Source: the human T2T-CHM13v2.0 reference genome, Homo sapiens
Assembly (NCBI RefSeq): GCF_009914755.1
Contig: NC_060927.1
Direction: 5' to 3' (one strand)
DNA: 64,000 nucleotides
The stretch's first letter is position 1, and every line of letters begins with the position of its first letter. Under the pieces are notes generated by a model. That model had not been told where the DNA came from. It saw only the letters and a program-made list of their open reading frames with translations, and did no database searches. Below, one piece after another: positions 1 to 17,522 of this stretch. Position numbers and translations under genes: made by a program.

Positions 1-1599
1 GCAGGGGAACTCTGTTCACAGGGACATGGCCCCTGGGGTGAAAGAGGTCTCACTCTGACTCGCACTCAGTCCCAAACCAGGCTGTGACAAGGAATAAACA
101 GGGATTCTCAGGGAAGAAGAGAGACATTCTTCAGGCTTTTCTACCTGAAAGGGTAAGCTTCATCCTAGAAAAGGCTAGAAAATGTGATGGACTCAATCAA
201 CAGATCTTCTAAAATCCAAGGACATTTGCTTTCTACCACAAAGAAAAATGAGGGTGGAATTTTTCTTCTCAAATGTGCCTAAGCCACTATTTGGAAAGGA
301 AGTTTGATATTTGCAACTACGGTTTTCTCAATAATCAGTTAGCAACAATTTTAAAAATCAAGAATTGAGACAGAAATAAACAGTCAGAAATGAGCTTGGT
401 ACATCACAGTTGAAGTCAACACTGTGACAGTAAAATAGTTAATCCTGGGTTCACAGCTGTGGGATAATTCAGAAAAAAAAAATGTTTTTTCTATTTTTCT
501 ATTTGCTGAGTGCTAAAGACTAGGTTCTCTCTCTAATCCCAGGCCACTTTATCCTAATAAATAAGGAAGTTGTGCTTATTAACAGGAGCTTAATAAGATT
601 GCAGCCCCTTTAAATATCCTGAAGACACTGGCGGCTCTCCTCTCCAGCAGCAAACTGTGGTGGGCATCTTAAGGTCATTTCCTGTCCTGTCCTTGACCAC
701 TGGCTGCAGCCTGTGGACATGGCTGACCAGGGCACAGGGCCACAAGACTCATCTTTCTTCCAGCACGTGGATATGAGGGCAGCATCATTTCGCAGAAAAG
801 CAAATACAATTTTGTTTTATTTTGTCTAATATGGTTCTGGCACAACACAAGCTGTCCCTATTCTAAGGCTGGAGAATTTGATTTCCTCTCTGGCCTGTGG
901 AAATGGGCTCAGCATATAGCCCTATTTAATCACAGAATGTTAACACTAATCTGACTAAGATGGCTGACTTGAGGTGCTCCCCAGGCTGCAGCAAACAGTG
1001 CTAATCCTTCTAGCTGAACCTGGGCCCAACTTCAGAGAACAGAGCGGTTGGCTGTTTAATCACTCATGAAGGCATGACTGATTGAAACCATCATATACTT
1101 CCCCAGCTCAAAATGCATATGATTTTTTTCACTGGGAGGAAAAAACACATTACTATTTTGACAGTTGGCACCAGAATCCCACTGAGGGGAGAGAACAGTG
1201 AGTTCTAGCAACAGTAATGTACATTCATTCTGATACTCCTTTCAGTGCCATTTTCAACCCTCCACTCCATTATCTCTAAATGCTCAGTAAAAGTCTAGTA
1301 TCCTAGTATCCTGAAGCCTTGGGGAATGAAGGCAAAGATGGTGTGAGAGAGGAGAGCCCCTGCAGATGCTGGAAGAAATGGTAGAAGCCAAGAAACAGCA
1401 AAGAAACAGGTGGCAGTGTGGGCAAACTCGGAAATGCAGACACAGGAGAAAGCTTGCTGACAGGGGCAGGGAATGGGGAAACAGCCAAAAGGGGTAGACT
1501 GCCTTGGTTCTGATATATGAAAAGGGCTTTCCAAGTGGTAGACATTTGAATTCAATGAATATTTTGCCCAAGACATCTGCAATGATAACTCATATGTAA

Positions 1600-3440
<1,841 letters not shown>

Positions 3441-3452
3441 TATCTTGATTAA

Positions 3453-5245
3453 ATTTTTAATAATAGCTTTATTAGGATACAATTCACATACCATAAAGTT
3501 CGCTTTTAAAAAAATGTATAATTCAATGGTATTTAGTATATTCACAGGGATGTGCATTGATCACTGCTATCTAATTCCAGAAGATTTTAATCACTCCAAA
3601 GGGAAACCACGTATCTATTAGCAATCATTCCCCATTTCCTCCTTGCCCTAGCCTCTGGCAACTACTAATCTATTTCCTGTCTCTATGAATTTGCCTATCC
3701 TGGAGATTTCATATAAATGAAGTCATACTGCTATGCATGATTCATACATGTGGCCATTTATGTCTGGCTTCTTTCACTTAACATAATTATTTCAATGTTT
3801 ATCTATGCTGTAGAATATTACTAAACTTACTTTTATGGCAAAATAATATTTCATTTTATGACTGTCACATTTTGTTTATCCATTCTTCAGTTGATGGACA
3901 TTGGGTTGTTTCTGCTTTTAGGTTATTATGAATAATACTGCTATGAATATTTGTGTACAAGTTTTTCTTAGCCATGTTTTTAATTCTGTTGGGTATATAT
4001 GTAGGACATAGATATACATACTTAAATCTATTCCTATATATACCTGGAAGTAATGGGTCGTATGATAACTCTATAACATTTTGAGGAACTGCTAAATTTT
4101 CCAAACTTGCAAAGTGGGTATACTATTTCATATTCCCGCCAACAATTTATGAGGATCCCAATTTCTCCACACCTTCACTAAGACTTCTTGTTTTAATTAC
4201 AGCCATCTCAGTGACTATGAAGTTATTTCTCATTGTAGTTTTAATTTTTATTTCCCAAATGACTAATGATGTTGAGCATCTTTTCAGGTGCCTGTTGACT
4301 ATTTACTTCTGTTTTCTTCTGAGAGCTTTGTAGTTCTAGCTCTTATATTTATGTCTATAACCTACATTTATTTATTTTTGTATATGGAATGAGGTGGGGG
4401 GTCTATCTTTTTTTTTTTTTTTTGTATATGGCCATCCTGTTTTCCCAGTATCAAGCATTGAAAAGATGATTCTTCCCCTGCCCCTTGAGTGGTCTTGGTA
4501 CCCATGTCAAAAATCAGTTGATCATAGATGCATAGGTTTATTTATGAACTCTCCATTCTACTTCATTGATCTATGTATCTGTCCTTATGCCAGTACTACA
4601 TAATCTTGATGACTATATCTTTGTAGTAAGTTTTGAAATCAAGAAGTGTGAGTTCTCAAATTTGTTCTTTTTTTTTCAATATTGTTTTGACTATTCTGAG
4701 TGCCTTGCAACTTCATAAGAATTTTCTAATCAGTTCTTCAATTTCTAAATGAACTCAGCTGGGTTTCTGATAGGGATTGAATTGAATCTGCAGATCAATT
4801 TGGGAAGTGTTGCCATATTAACAATATTAACTCTTCTGATTCATGAGCAGGAATTGTCTTTTTACTTATTTCAGGTTTCTTTAATTTCTTTCATGTATGT
4901 TTTGTCATTTTTAGAATACAAGTCTTGCACTTGTTTTGTTCAATTTATTGCTAAGTAATTCACTTTTTGATACTATCGTAAATCAAAATTTAACTTCATT
5001 TTCAGATTGATTTTTATGTACATAAGTCACTTGGTTTTTGTATATTGATTGTGTATTCTGCAACCTTGATAAACTCATTTATTTGTTCTAATTTTTTTGT
5101 ATTTATTAGAATTTTGTATACATAAGATCATGCCATGGAGATTGTTTTATTTTTTTCTTTCCAATTGGAATTCTTTTTATTTCTTTTCTTGCCTAACTGC
5201 CCTTGCGACAACCTCCAGAATAATGTTGAATAGGAGTGGTTAGTG
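3453..5245 (-). mobile_element. L1MB-like 3' end and ORF2 fragment
   Basis: Antisense L1MB-type 3'UTR 'agctttatt...caattcacataccataaa...ctctggcaactactaatcta', followed by ORF2 C-terminal remnant. Confidence 0.8.
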
Positions 5246-6811
5246 CAAAAGGAAGGGGCTCAAGATGGCTGACTAGATGCATCTGTTACTTACCTCTTCC
5301 ATGGAGAAAAACCAAAATGGTGAGTGGATAATCACACTTTGAATACTTTGTTTAGGAGAAAGCACTGGAATTCAACAGAGAATTGATGGGAAGCACCAAA
5401 TCCAAGGAAGAAGAGGAAAGTGCAGCGGCCTACTCAGCCAGGATCAACTGGAAGCCTGGAGAGGCTCCCTAATGCCGTGAAGGGTCAGTAAGAGACCCTA
5501 GTGGCCCAAACTCCCACCGTGGACTCCAACAAGTCTAACCACAAGAGAGCACCTCAACCCATACAGGACCTGAGACTAACACAGGGAGCTGTCTGGAGAC
5601 TGCAATGGCATTACTCCAGAGAGGGAGCTCATGCTGAGGCCTACAAACCCCTGAGTACTAAGCAGCTGTAGCATGGCATCATTTTTGGAGCCCAATATCT
5701 ATTAGAATGCTTCCTGCCCTGGGGACCAACAGCCCTTGCATCTCCACATCTTTGGAGCCCAGTTGACATTTTCTATCTGTAGCCACTACTGCCAGGGTTG
5801 AGTCAGGAGCCATTGGCAGCAACCCCACACCCCCAGGAAAGGAGTGGCCAAGCATCTTCACATGCCCCAAGGACAAATTCCACAATCCACAATTTCTGCA
5901 GCTGCAGGCTGCTGTGAGGCTGAAGTGTAAGTAAAGTGTGTGCCCCCCGGCTGGCTGCCTATAGCTGTTCTCACTGAAAGCAATCCTGTACTCCCTAGTA
6001 GCAGGGCTGCAGTATAGCTACTGCTGCCACAACCTAACCATTCCACTGGTGCCTAGGAGATCACCCTGCCACAGCATAGCAGAGCAAGCTCCTGCATGCA
6101 CCAGTAGGAGGCCTCAGGACAGGTCTGCCCAGCCCAGCTTCATCCCCTAAATACTCAAGCATGCCATTCAGGTGCCTGGGAATTGCCCAGCCCTGTCCAC
6201 TACCATTGGTACTTGAGCATTCCTCCCAGGTTCTGAAGTCAGGCCTACCCTAACTGCTATGACAACCACAGCTGGCACCCACCCCCATGTGCCACCTGCA
6301 GGCCTGGGGACTGGCCCACTTAGCCAGTCACACCTTAACATGGACCAAGAACACTTGGGTCCCAGAGGGTTGTCCCACCATTGCTACTGCCATAACCCAC
6401 ACTTCCTGCTGCCCAGGGGCCCCAAGAACCTACCTAACCACCCAAACTACTGCTGCCACTCCTGGCACCCAAGCAAGGCACCTGGAGGTCCAAGAATCAA
6501 CCCATCTGGACTTACCAACACTAGCGTGAGTACATGCTGCTCTGGTGCCCAAAGATAGGCATGCTCAGACTGCTGCTGCCAACAATGGGGCTAAAGGACT
6601 GGCCATGGCATTCCAGTCCCCAGCAAAACTTCATCACAACCTCCACTAAGAACCACACCCTAAGCCAAAGAGGAAATCGTAGATACCACTGACCTTGTTT
6701 ACAGCTGAAGAAATCACACAGAGGCTAGACTACCACATGTACCCACAATCAAAGCCAAAGCACCCTACCCAACCAACACTATAGATACATCTTTAGAAAA
6801 ATGTCCTTCCC

Positions 6812-6888
6812 AGAGCTTGCAGTGACCCGAGATCAGGCCACTGCACTCCAGCCTGGGTGACAGAGTGAGACTCTGTCTCAAACAAGAA
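6812..6888 (+). mobile_element. Severely 5'-truncated Alu (3' end only, AluY-like)
   Basis: 'gagcttgcagtg...gagactctgtctc' plus A-rich tail; TSD agaaaaatgtccttccc (6795-6811) / agaaaaatgcccttccc (6889-6905). Confidence 0.85.
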
Positions 6889-7142
6889 AGAAAAATGCCC
6901 TTCCCTCTGAAAGCAAACTCAGAAAACTGGAAGAAGCAACTGTTACACAGGAAGGTATCTGGAGACTGTTACCAGATGTGCAGATATCAATGTAAGAATA
7001 TAAGAAACACAAAAAAGCAAGGAAATATGAAACCTCCAAAGGAATAGCATAATTCTCCAACAACTGATCTCAATCAAAAAGAAATTTATGAATTTATGAA
7101 ATCCCCCCCCAAAATTCAAAATATTGATTTTAAAGAAACTCA

Positions 7143-7960
7143 GTGACAGACAAGAGAAAAAAATACAATGGAATCAGAAAAACAATTCAGGATATGAATG
7201 GAAAATTTACCAAAGAGATAGATATAGTAAAAAAGAACCACATAGAAATTCTGGAAATGAAGAATGTATATAATGAAATACAAAATACATATGAAAGCTT
7301 CAACAATAGATCAAGCAGAACAACTAGATCAAGCAGAAGAAAGAATCTTAGAAATTGAAGATAGGTCTTTTGAAATAACTCAGTCAGATGAAAATAAAGG
7401 AAAAAGAATAAAAAAGAATGAGCAAAGCCTATGTGACATATGGGACACCATAAAGGGACCAAATATTTGGATTTTTTGTGTCCTAGAAAGCAAAGAAAAA
7501 AAAACAAAAGAATTAGAAAAGCTATTTAATAAAATAATAGATGAAAACTTTGCAAGTCTAGCAAGAGATTTAGATATCCAGATACAGGAGGCTCAGAGGT
7601 CCTCAAATAGATACAATTCAAGAAGGTCTTCTCCACAGCACATTATAGTCAAACTGTCAAAACCAAAGACAAAAAGAAGAATTCTAAAATCAGCAAGAGA
7701 AAAGCATCTGGGCATTTATAAAGGAATCCTCATCAGAGTAACAGCAGATTTCTCAGCAGAAATCCTACAGTCCAGGAGAGAATGGAATAATATATCCAAA
7801 GTACTGAAAGAAAGAGAAAAAAACTGCGGGCACGAATATTATACCCAGCAAAGTTATCCTTCATGAATAAAGAAAAAATAAAGTCTTTTCCAGGCAAGCA
7901 AAAGCTGAGGGAATGCATCACTACTAGACCAGACCTACAAGAAATGTTTAAGTGAGACCT
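7143..7960 (+). pseudogene. L1 ORF1p remnant (frameshifted)
   Basis: ORF 7264-7866 has ORF1p motifs (DQAEERILEIED, IQIQEAQR, SPQHIIVKLSK, IRVTADFSAE); upstream part is in another frame. Confidence 0.9.
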
Positions 7961-8662
7961 ACACCCAGAAGTGAAAGAATGGTATCTACCATCACAAAAA
8001 CACACACAAAAATAAAAACCACTGGTAGAGCTAATACACAAGCAAGGAAAGACTCAAATGTTACCACCACAGAATACTGCCAAACCACAATGATAAACAA
8101 TAAAAGAGAAAAGAACAATTAGAAATCAGTTACTAAAATTATGGGAATAAGCCCTCACATATATAATATAAAAGATATAGGCTGGCCAAATAGATAAAAA
8201 ATTATGACCCAACTATATGCTGCCTATGAGAAACTCATCTCACCTATAAAGACACAGACAACTGAAAGTAAAGGGATTGAAAAAGATTCTATTTCAAGCA
8301 AATAAAAACCAAAGCAAGCATCAGTAGCTATACTCATATTAGATAAAATAAACTTTAAGTCAAAGACCTTAAAAAGAGACAAATAAGGTCATTATATAAT
8401 AATGGGATCAATTCAGCAAGATGATATAACTATTCTAAACATATATGTACCCAATACCAGAGCACCTAGATATATAAAGCAAATATTATTAGCTACAAAG
8501 GGAGAAATAGATTCCAATGCAATAATATAATAGATCATTAGAGAACATTATGAACAACTACACACTAACAAACTGGAAAACTAGAATATAAATTAATACA
8601 ACCACTATGGAGAACAGTTTGGAGGCTTATCAAAAAACTAAAATTAGAGCTACCATACAATC

Positions 8663-8843
8663 CCCCTCTCTCACCATGTGATATGCTGGCTCCCCTTCAC
8701 CTTCTGCCATGGTTGTAAGTTTCCTGAGACCCTCATTATGCTTCATGTATAATCTGCAGAACCATCAGCCAAATAAACCTCTTTTCTTTTTAAGTTACCA
8801 AGGCTCAGGTATTTTTTTTAATAGCAATGGAAATGGACTACCA
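8663..8843 (+). mobile_element. MST (MaLR) LTR 3' portion
   Basis: 'caccttctgccatggttgtaagtttcctgag...gccaaataaacctcttttcttt...ctcaggtatt...aatggacta'. Confidence 0.8.
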
Positions 8844-8845
8844 CG

Positions 8846-9760
<915 letters not shown>

Positions 9761-9849
9761 GTGAGCTATGAGTCGAGTGGAATAAGACAAACCATGAGAA
9801 TGGAGTTTTTTTAATGTGTTTTGGGAAATAAAACAGTAATTATTCTCTA

Positions 9850-10650
<801 letters not shown>

Positions 10651-11579
10651 TAAATGGAGTATCCATCACCTCAACATTTATTCTTTGTGTTACAAACAAT
10701 CCAATTATTTACTTTTAGCTATTTTGAAATGTACAATTAAATTATTATTGACTGTAGTCACCCTGTCACCTTGTTCTCCTATCAAATACTAGATCTTGTT
10801 CATTCTCACTGTTTTTAGTCACCATTAACAATTCCCATTTCCCCACAATGCACCCCCACTACCCTTCCCAGTATCTGGTAACCATCCTTCTACTCTCTAT
10901 CTCCATGATTTCAGTTGTTTTAATTCTTAGTTTCATAATTGTCAAAAGATGTGAAATGTGTCTTTCTGTGCCTGGCTTATTTCACATAGCATAATGACCT
11001 CCAGTTCCATCCACGCTGTGGCAAATGACAGACTTTCATTCATTTTTATCACTAAACAATACTCTGTTGTGTATATGTACACATTTTCTTTATCCATTCA
11101 TCTGCTAATGGACCCTTAGTTTGTCTCCAAATCTTGGCTATTGTGAATAGTGCTGAAATAAACATGGGAGTGCAGATATTTCTTTGATATACTGATTTCC
11201 TTTCTTCGGTATATATACCTAGCAGTAGGATTACTGGATCACATGGTAGCTCTAATTTTAGTTTTTTGATGAGCCTCCGAACTGTTCTCCAAAGTGGTTG
11301 TACTAATTTACATTCTCATCAAATCTATACAAGGGTCACTTTTTCTGCACATTCTCACCTGCATATGTTATTGGTTGTCTTTTGGATAAAAGTCATTTTA
11401 ATGAGGGTGAGATGATATCTCACTGTAGTTTTGATTGCATTTCTCTGATAATCAGTGGTGTTGAGCACCTTTTCATATACCTGTTTTCCATTTGCATGAC
11501 TTCTTTTGAGAAAGGTCTATTCAGATTTTTTTTCCCCATATTTTAACCAAATTTTAGATTTTTCTTATAGAGTTATTGG

Positions 11580-11587
<8 letters not shown>

Positions 11588-11611
<24 letters not shown>

Positions 11612-11894
11612 TGAGACAGAGTCTCGCTCTGTCACCCAGGCTGGAGTGCAGTGGCATGATCTTGGCTCACTGCAGCCTCTGCCTCCTGGGTTGAAGTGAT
11701 TCTCATGCCTCAGCCTCCCTAGTAGCTGGGATTACAGGCACACACCACCATGCCCGGCTAATTTTTGTATTTTTAGTAGAGACAGGGTTTCACCACGTTG
11801 GCCAGGCTGGTTTCAAACTCCTTACCTCAAGTAATCCACCCACCTTGGCCTCCCAAAGTGCTGGGATTACAGGTGTGAGCCACTACGCCTGGCC
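11588..11894 (-). mobile_element. AluS
   Basis: Antisense Alu; TSD agagttattggagttcttt / aaagttgttggagttcttt. Confidence 0.95.
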
Positions 11895-14800
11895 AAAGTT
11901 GTTGGAGTTCTTTATATATTCTGCTTATTAGTCCCTAGTCAGATGAGTATTTTGCAGATATTTTCTCCCATTCAGTGGGTTGTCTCCTCACTTTATTGAT
12001 GCATCCTTTCCTGTACAGAAGCTTTTTAATTTGATGTGATCCCATTTATCTATTTTTGTTTTGGTTGCCTATGCTTGTGGGGCATATGCTCAAGAAATCT
12101 TTTTCCAATCCAATGTCCTGGAGAGGTTCCTCAATGTTGTTGTTTAGTAGTTTCATAGTTTGAGATCCTAGATTTAAGTCTTTAATCCATTTTGATTTGA
12201 TTTTTTACATCGTGAGAGATAGGGATCTAGTTTCATTCTTCTGCGTATGGATATCCAGTTTTCCCAGCACCACTTATTGAAGAGACTGCCCTTTCCCCAA
12301 AGTATGTTCTTAGCACCTTTGTGGAAAATGAATTCACTATGGGTGTACGGATTTGTTTCTGGGTTCTTTATTCTATTCCGTTGGTCTATGTGTCCGTTTT
12401 TTTTTTTTCCAGTATCATGCTGTTTTGGTTACTATAGTTCTGTAGTATAATTTGAAGCCAGGTAATGTAATTCCTCCAGTTTTGTTCTTTTTGCTCAGGG
12501 TAGCTTTGGCTATTCTGAGTCTTTTGTGGTTCCATATAAATTTTAGTGTTTTTTTTCTATTTCTGTGAAGAATGTCATTGGAATTTTGATAGGAATTGCA
12601 TTGAATCTGTAGATTGCTTTGGGAAGTATAAACATTTTAACAATATTGATTCTCCCAATCCATGAACATAGAGTATCTTTCTATTTTTTGTGTGTCCTCT
12701 TCAATTTCTTTCATCAGTGTTTTATAGTTTTCAGTGTACAGATCTTATACTTCTTTGGCTAATTCCAAGGTATTTTATTTAATTTGTAGCTATTGTAAAT
12801 AGGATTACTTTGTTGTTTCCTTTTCAGATTATTTACTGTTGGCATATAGAAATGCTACTGAATTTTGTATGTTGATTTTGTATTCTGCAATTTTATTGAA
12901 CTTGTTTATCTGTTATAATAACTCTTTGGCAGACTCTTTAGGTTTTTCCAAATATAATATCATATCATCTGCAAACAAGGGTAATTTAACTTCTTCCTTT
13001 GGATGCCGTTTATTTCTTTCTCTTATTTGATTGCTTTAGCTAGGACTTCCAGTACTATGTTGAATAACAGTGGTGAAAGTGGGCATCTGTGTTGTGTTCC
13101 ATGACTTAGAGGAAAAACTTTCAGTTTTTTCCCATTCAGTATTATGCTAGCTGTGGGTCTGTCACATATGGCTTTTATTATGTTGAGTTATATTTCTTTT
13201 ATATCCAGTTTTTTGAGGGATTTTTATCATGAAGGGATGTTGAATTTTATCAGACTCTTTCTCATCATCAGTTGAAATGATCATATAGTTTTTGTCTTTC
13301 ATTTTGTTGATATGATAGATCATATCAATTGATTTGCATATGTTGAACCATCCTTGCATCCCTGGGATAAATCACTCTTGGTCATGATGAATGATCTTTT
13401 TAATGTGTTGTTGAATTCAGATTGCTAGTAGTTTGTTGAGGGTTTTTGCATCAATATTTATCATGGATATTGGCCTGTAGTTTTCTTTTTTTGATGTGTC
13501 TTTGTCTGGTTTTGGTATCAGGGTACCACTGGCCTTGTAGAATGAATTCAGGAGTATTCCCTCCTCCTCTATTTTTTGGAATAGTTACAGTAGAAATGGC
13601 ATTAGTTCTTTAAATGTTTGGTAAAATTCAGTAGCAAAGCTATCAGGTCCTGAGCTTGGCTTTGCTGGAAGACTTTTTATTATGGCTTTGACCTCATTAC
13701 TTGTTATTGACCTGTTCAGATTTTGAATTTCTTTCTTGTACAATGTATGTATCTCAGAATTTATTGGCTTCTTCTATGTTTTCCAATTTATTGGCATATA
13801 GTTGCTCACAGTAGCCATTAACATCCTTTGTATTACTGTTATAGTTGTTGTAATATCTCTTTTTTAATGTCTGATTTTATTTATTTGGGTTTTTCTCTTT
13901 TTTTCTTAGTCTGGCTAAAGCTTTCTCAATTCAGTTTATTTTTTCAAAAAACCAACTTTTCATTTCATTGATTTTAAAAATTGTTCTCTGTATCTCAATT
14001 TCCTTTATTTCTGCTCAATCTTTATTATTCATTTTCTTCTACTAATTTTGGGTTTGGTTAGCTCTTGCTCTTCTAGTTCTTTAAGATGCATTGTTAGGTT
14101 GTTTATTTGACATATTCTACTTTTTTGATCTAGGTTCATATCACTATAAACTTCCCTCTCAGCAGTGCTTTCTCTGTATCCTGTAGGATTTGGTATGTTG
14201 TGTTTCCACTATCATTTGTTTTACAAAATTTTTAAATTCCCTTTTTAATTTCTTTATTGACCCACTGGTCATTGAGGAGCATATTGTTAATTTTTATGTG
14301 TTAGTATAGTTTCCAAAATTCCTCCCATTTTTGATTTCTAGTTTTATTCCATTGTGGTCAGAGAAGATGCTTGATATTATTTCAATTTTTTTGAATGTTT
14401 TAAAACTTATTTTGTGGCCTAACATATGGTTTATCCTTGAGAATGATTCATGTGCTGCAGAGAAGAATGTGTATTCTGCAACCATTGGGTGAAATATTCT
14501 ACAAATATCTACAGGTTCATTTGGTCAGTAGTGCAGATTAACTCTGATTTTTCTTTGTTAATTTTCTGTCTGGAAGATGTATCCAATGCTGAAAGTGGAA
14601 TATTGCGGTCTCCAGCTATTATTGTATTGGGGTCTATCTCTCTCTCTAGCTCTAACAATATTTGCTTTATACATCTGGGTGCTCCATAGTTGAGTGCATA
14701 GATATTTAAAATTGTTATATCTTCTTTCTGAATTGACCCATTTATCATTATATAATGACTTCCTCTGCCCTTTTTATAGTTTTTGTCTTGAAATCTATTT

Positions 14801-15649
14801 TATCTTATATAAGCATTGCCACTCCTACTCTTTTTTGATTTCCACTAGCATAAAATATTTTTCCATTGCTTTATTTTCCGTCTACTTGTGTCTATATAGG
14901 TAACATGTTGTTTTTGTAGACTGTTCAGTCTTATTTTTTATCCATTTGGTCATTTTATGTCTTTGATTGGTGAGTTTAGTCCAACTACATTCAATGTTAT
15001 TATTGAAAATAAAAACTTACTCCTGCCATTTTCTTATTTGTTTTCTGGTTGGGGTCTTCACTTCCTTCTTCCTTTTGTTCTTATCATCCTTTAAACAAAG
15101 GCAATTTTCTCTGGTGGTATGCTTTAATTTCTTGCTTTTTATGTTTTGTGCATTCATTGTATGCTTTTTGATTTGAGATTATTGTGAGGCTTAAAATAAT
15201 ATCTTATAATCTATTATTTTAAACTGATGACAACTTAACACTAATCACATAAACAAACACAGCAGCTAGCAAACAAGCAAAGATAAAACTAATAAAAAAC
15301 TCTACACTTTATCTTTATCCCCCTGCATTTTAAATTTTTGTTGTTTCTATTTATATCTTGCTGTACTATGTATGTCTTGAAAAGTTGTTGTAGTAATTAT
15401 TTTTGATCAGTTCATCTTTTAGTCTTTCTACACAAGATATGAGTAGGTTATGCACCACAATTATGGTGTTATAATATTCTGTGTTTCTCTGAGTACTTAC
15501 TATTACCAGTGAGTTTTGTACCTTCAGATGATTTCTTTTTGCTCATTAACATCAATTTCTTTCAGATTTAAACCTTTCTTTAGCATTTCTGCATTTCTTG
15601 TTCTGGTGTTGATGAAATCCCATAGCTTTTGTGTGTCTCGAAAGTCTTT

Positions 15650-17522
15650 CTCCCTCTCCCTCTCCCTCTCCCCACGGTCTCCCTCTCATGCGGAACCGAA
15701 GCTGGACTGTACTGCTGCCATCTCGGCTCACTGCAACCTCCCTGCCTGATTCTCCTGCCTCAGTCTGTCGAATGCCTGCGATTGCAGGCACGCGCCGCCA
15801 CGCCTGACTGGTTTTGGTGGAGACGGGGTTTCGCTGTGTTGGCCGGGCCGGTCTCCAGCCCCTAACCGCGAGTGATCCGCCAACCTCGGCCTCCCGAGGT
15901 GCCAGGATTGCAGACGGAGTCTCGTTCACTCAGTGCTCAATGGTGCCCAGGCTGGAGTGCAGTGGCGTGATCTCGGCTCACTACAACCTACACCTCCCAG
16001 CCGCCTGCCTTGGCCTCCCAAAGTGCCGAGATTGCAGCCTCTGCCCGGCTGCCACCCCGTCTGGGAAGTGAGGAGTGTCTCTGCCTGGCCGCCCATTGTC
16101 TGGGATGTGAGGAGCCCCTCTGCCTGGCTGCCCAGTCTGGAAAGTGAGGAGCGTCTCCGCCCGGCTGCCATCCCATCTAGGAAGTGAGGAGCGCCTCTTC
16201 CCAGCCGCGATCACATCTAGGAAGTGAGGAGCGTCTCTGCCCGGCCGCCCATCGTCTGAGATGTGGGGAGCGCCTCTGCCCCACCGCCCCATCTGGGATG
16301 TGAGGAGCGCCTCTGCCCGGCCGAGACCCCGTCTGGGAGGTGAGGAGCGTCTCTGCCCGGCCGCCCCGTCTGAGAAGTGAGGAGACCCTCTGCCTGGCAA
16401 CCACCCTGTCTGAGAAGTGAGGAGCCCCTCCGCCCGGCAGCTGCCCCATCTGAGAAGTGAGGAGCCTCTCCGCCCAGCAGCCACCCCATCTGGGAAGTGA
16501 GGAGCGTCTCCGCCCGGCAGCCACCCCGTCCGGGAGGGAGGTCGGGGGGGGGGTCAGCCCCCCGCCCGGCCAGCCGCCCCATCCGGGAGGGAGGTGGGGG
16601 GTCAGCTCCCCCGCCCGGCCAGCCGTGCCGTCCAGGAGGGAGGTGGGGGGGTCAGCCCCCCGCCTGGCCAGCCGCCCCGTCCGGGAGGGAGGTGGGGGGG
16701 GTCAGCCCTCCGCCCGGCCAGCCGCCCCATCTGAGGTGAGGGGCGCCTCAGCCCTCCGCCCGGCCAGCCGCCCTGTCTGGGAGGTGAGGGGCGCCTCTGC
16801 CCAGCCGCCCCTACTGGGAAGTGAGGAGCCCCTCTGCCCGGCCAGCCGCCCCATCCGGGAGGGAGGTGGGGGGGTCAGCCCCCCTGCCCGGCCAGCCGCC
16901 CCGTCCGGGAGGTGAGGGGCGCCTCTGCCCGGCCGCCCCTACTGGGAAGTGAGGAGCCCCTCTGCCCGGCCACCACCCCGTCTGGGAGGTGTGCCCAACA
17001 GCTCATTGAGAACGGGCCAGGATGACAATGGCGGCTTTGTGGAATAGAAAGGCGGGAAAGGTGGGGAAAAGATTGAGAAATTGGATGGTTGCCGTGTCTG
17101 TGTAGAAAGAAGTAGACATGGGAGACTTTTCATTTTGTTCTGCACTAAGAAAAATTCCTCTGCCTTGGGATCCTGTTGATCTGTGACCTTACCCCCAACC
17201 CTGTGCTCTCTGAAACATGTGCTGTGTCCACTCAGGGTTAAATGGATTAAGGGTGGTGCAAGATGTGCTTTGTTAAACAGATGCTTGAAGGCAGCATGCT
17301 CATTAAGAGTCATCACCAATCCCTAATCTCAAGTACCCAGGGACACAAACACTGCGGAAGGCCGCAGGGTCCTCTGCCTAGGAAAACCAGAGACCTTTGT
17401 TCACTTGTTTATCTGCTGACCTTCCCTCCACTATTGTCCCATGACCCTGCCAAATCCCCCTCTGTGAGAAACACCCAAGAATTATCAATAAAAAAATAAA
17501 TTAAAAAAAAAAAAAAAAAAAA
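15650..17522 (+). mobile_element. SVA retrotransposon (SVA_D-like)
   Basis: Short (CCCTCT)n head, Alu-like region, VNTR, SINE-R, AATAAA and poly(A); perfect TSD gaaagtcttt at 15640-15649 and 17523-17532. Confidence 0.97.
16040..16990 (+). repeat. SVA VNTR (GC-rich units of about 37-50 bp, G-quadruplex-prone)
   Basis: Repeated 'gtgaggagcgtctctgcccggcc' and 'gggagggaggtggggggg tcagccccc' units. Confidence 0.95.

Larger units (their letters stand above)
5251..8663 (+). mobile_element. Old L1 (L1M/L1MA-type): 5'UTR, ORF1 and start of ORF2, rearranged at its 3' side
   Basis: Starts 'ggggctcaagatggctgactag', C-rich 5'UTR, ORF1 remnant, endonuclease remnant ('tgctgcctatgagaaactca', 'aacatatatgtacccaatacc'). 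Confidence 0.85.

Noticed and set aside
16040-16990. Regularly spaced repeats superficially like a CRISPR array
   Set aside because: This is the SVA VNTR: tandem degenerate units, no unique spacers, no cas genes, primate DNA.
15516-17499. Many overlapping 60-167 aa ORFs, mirrored at 52452-54231
   Set aside because: They are translations of SVA Alu-like, VNTR and SINE-R sequence; GC-rich repeats lack stops by chance.
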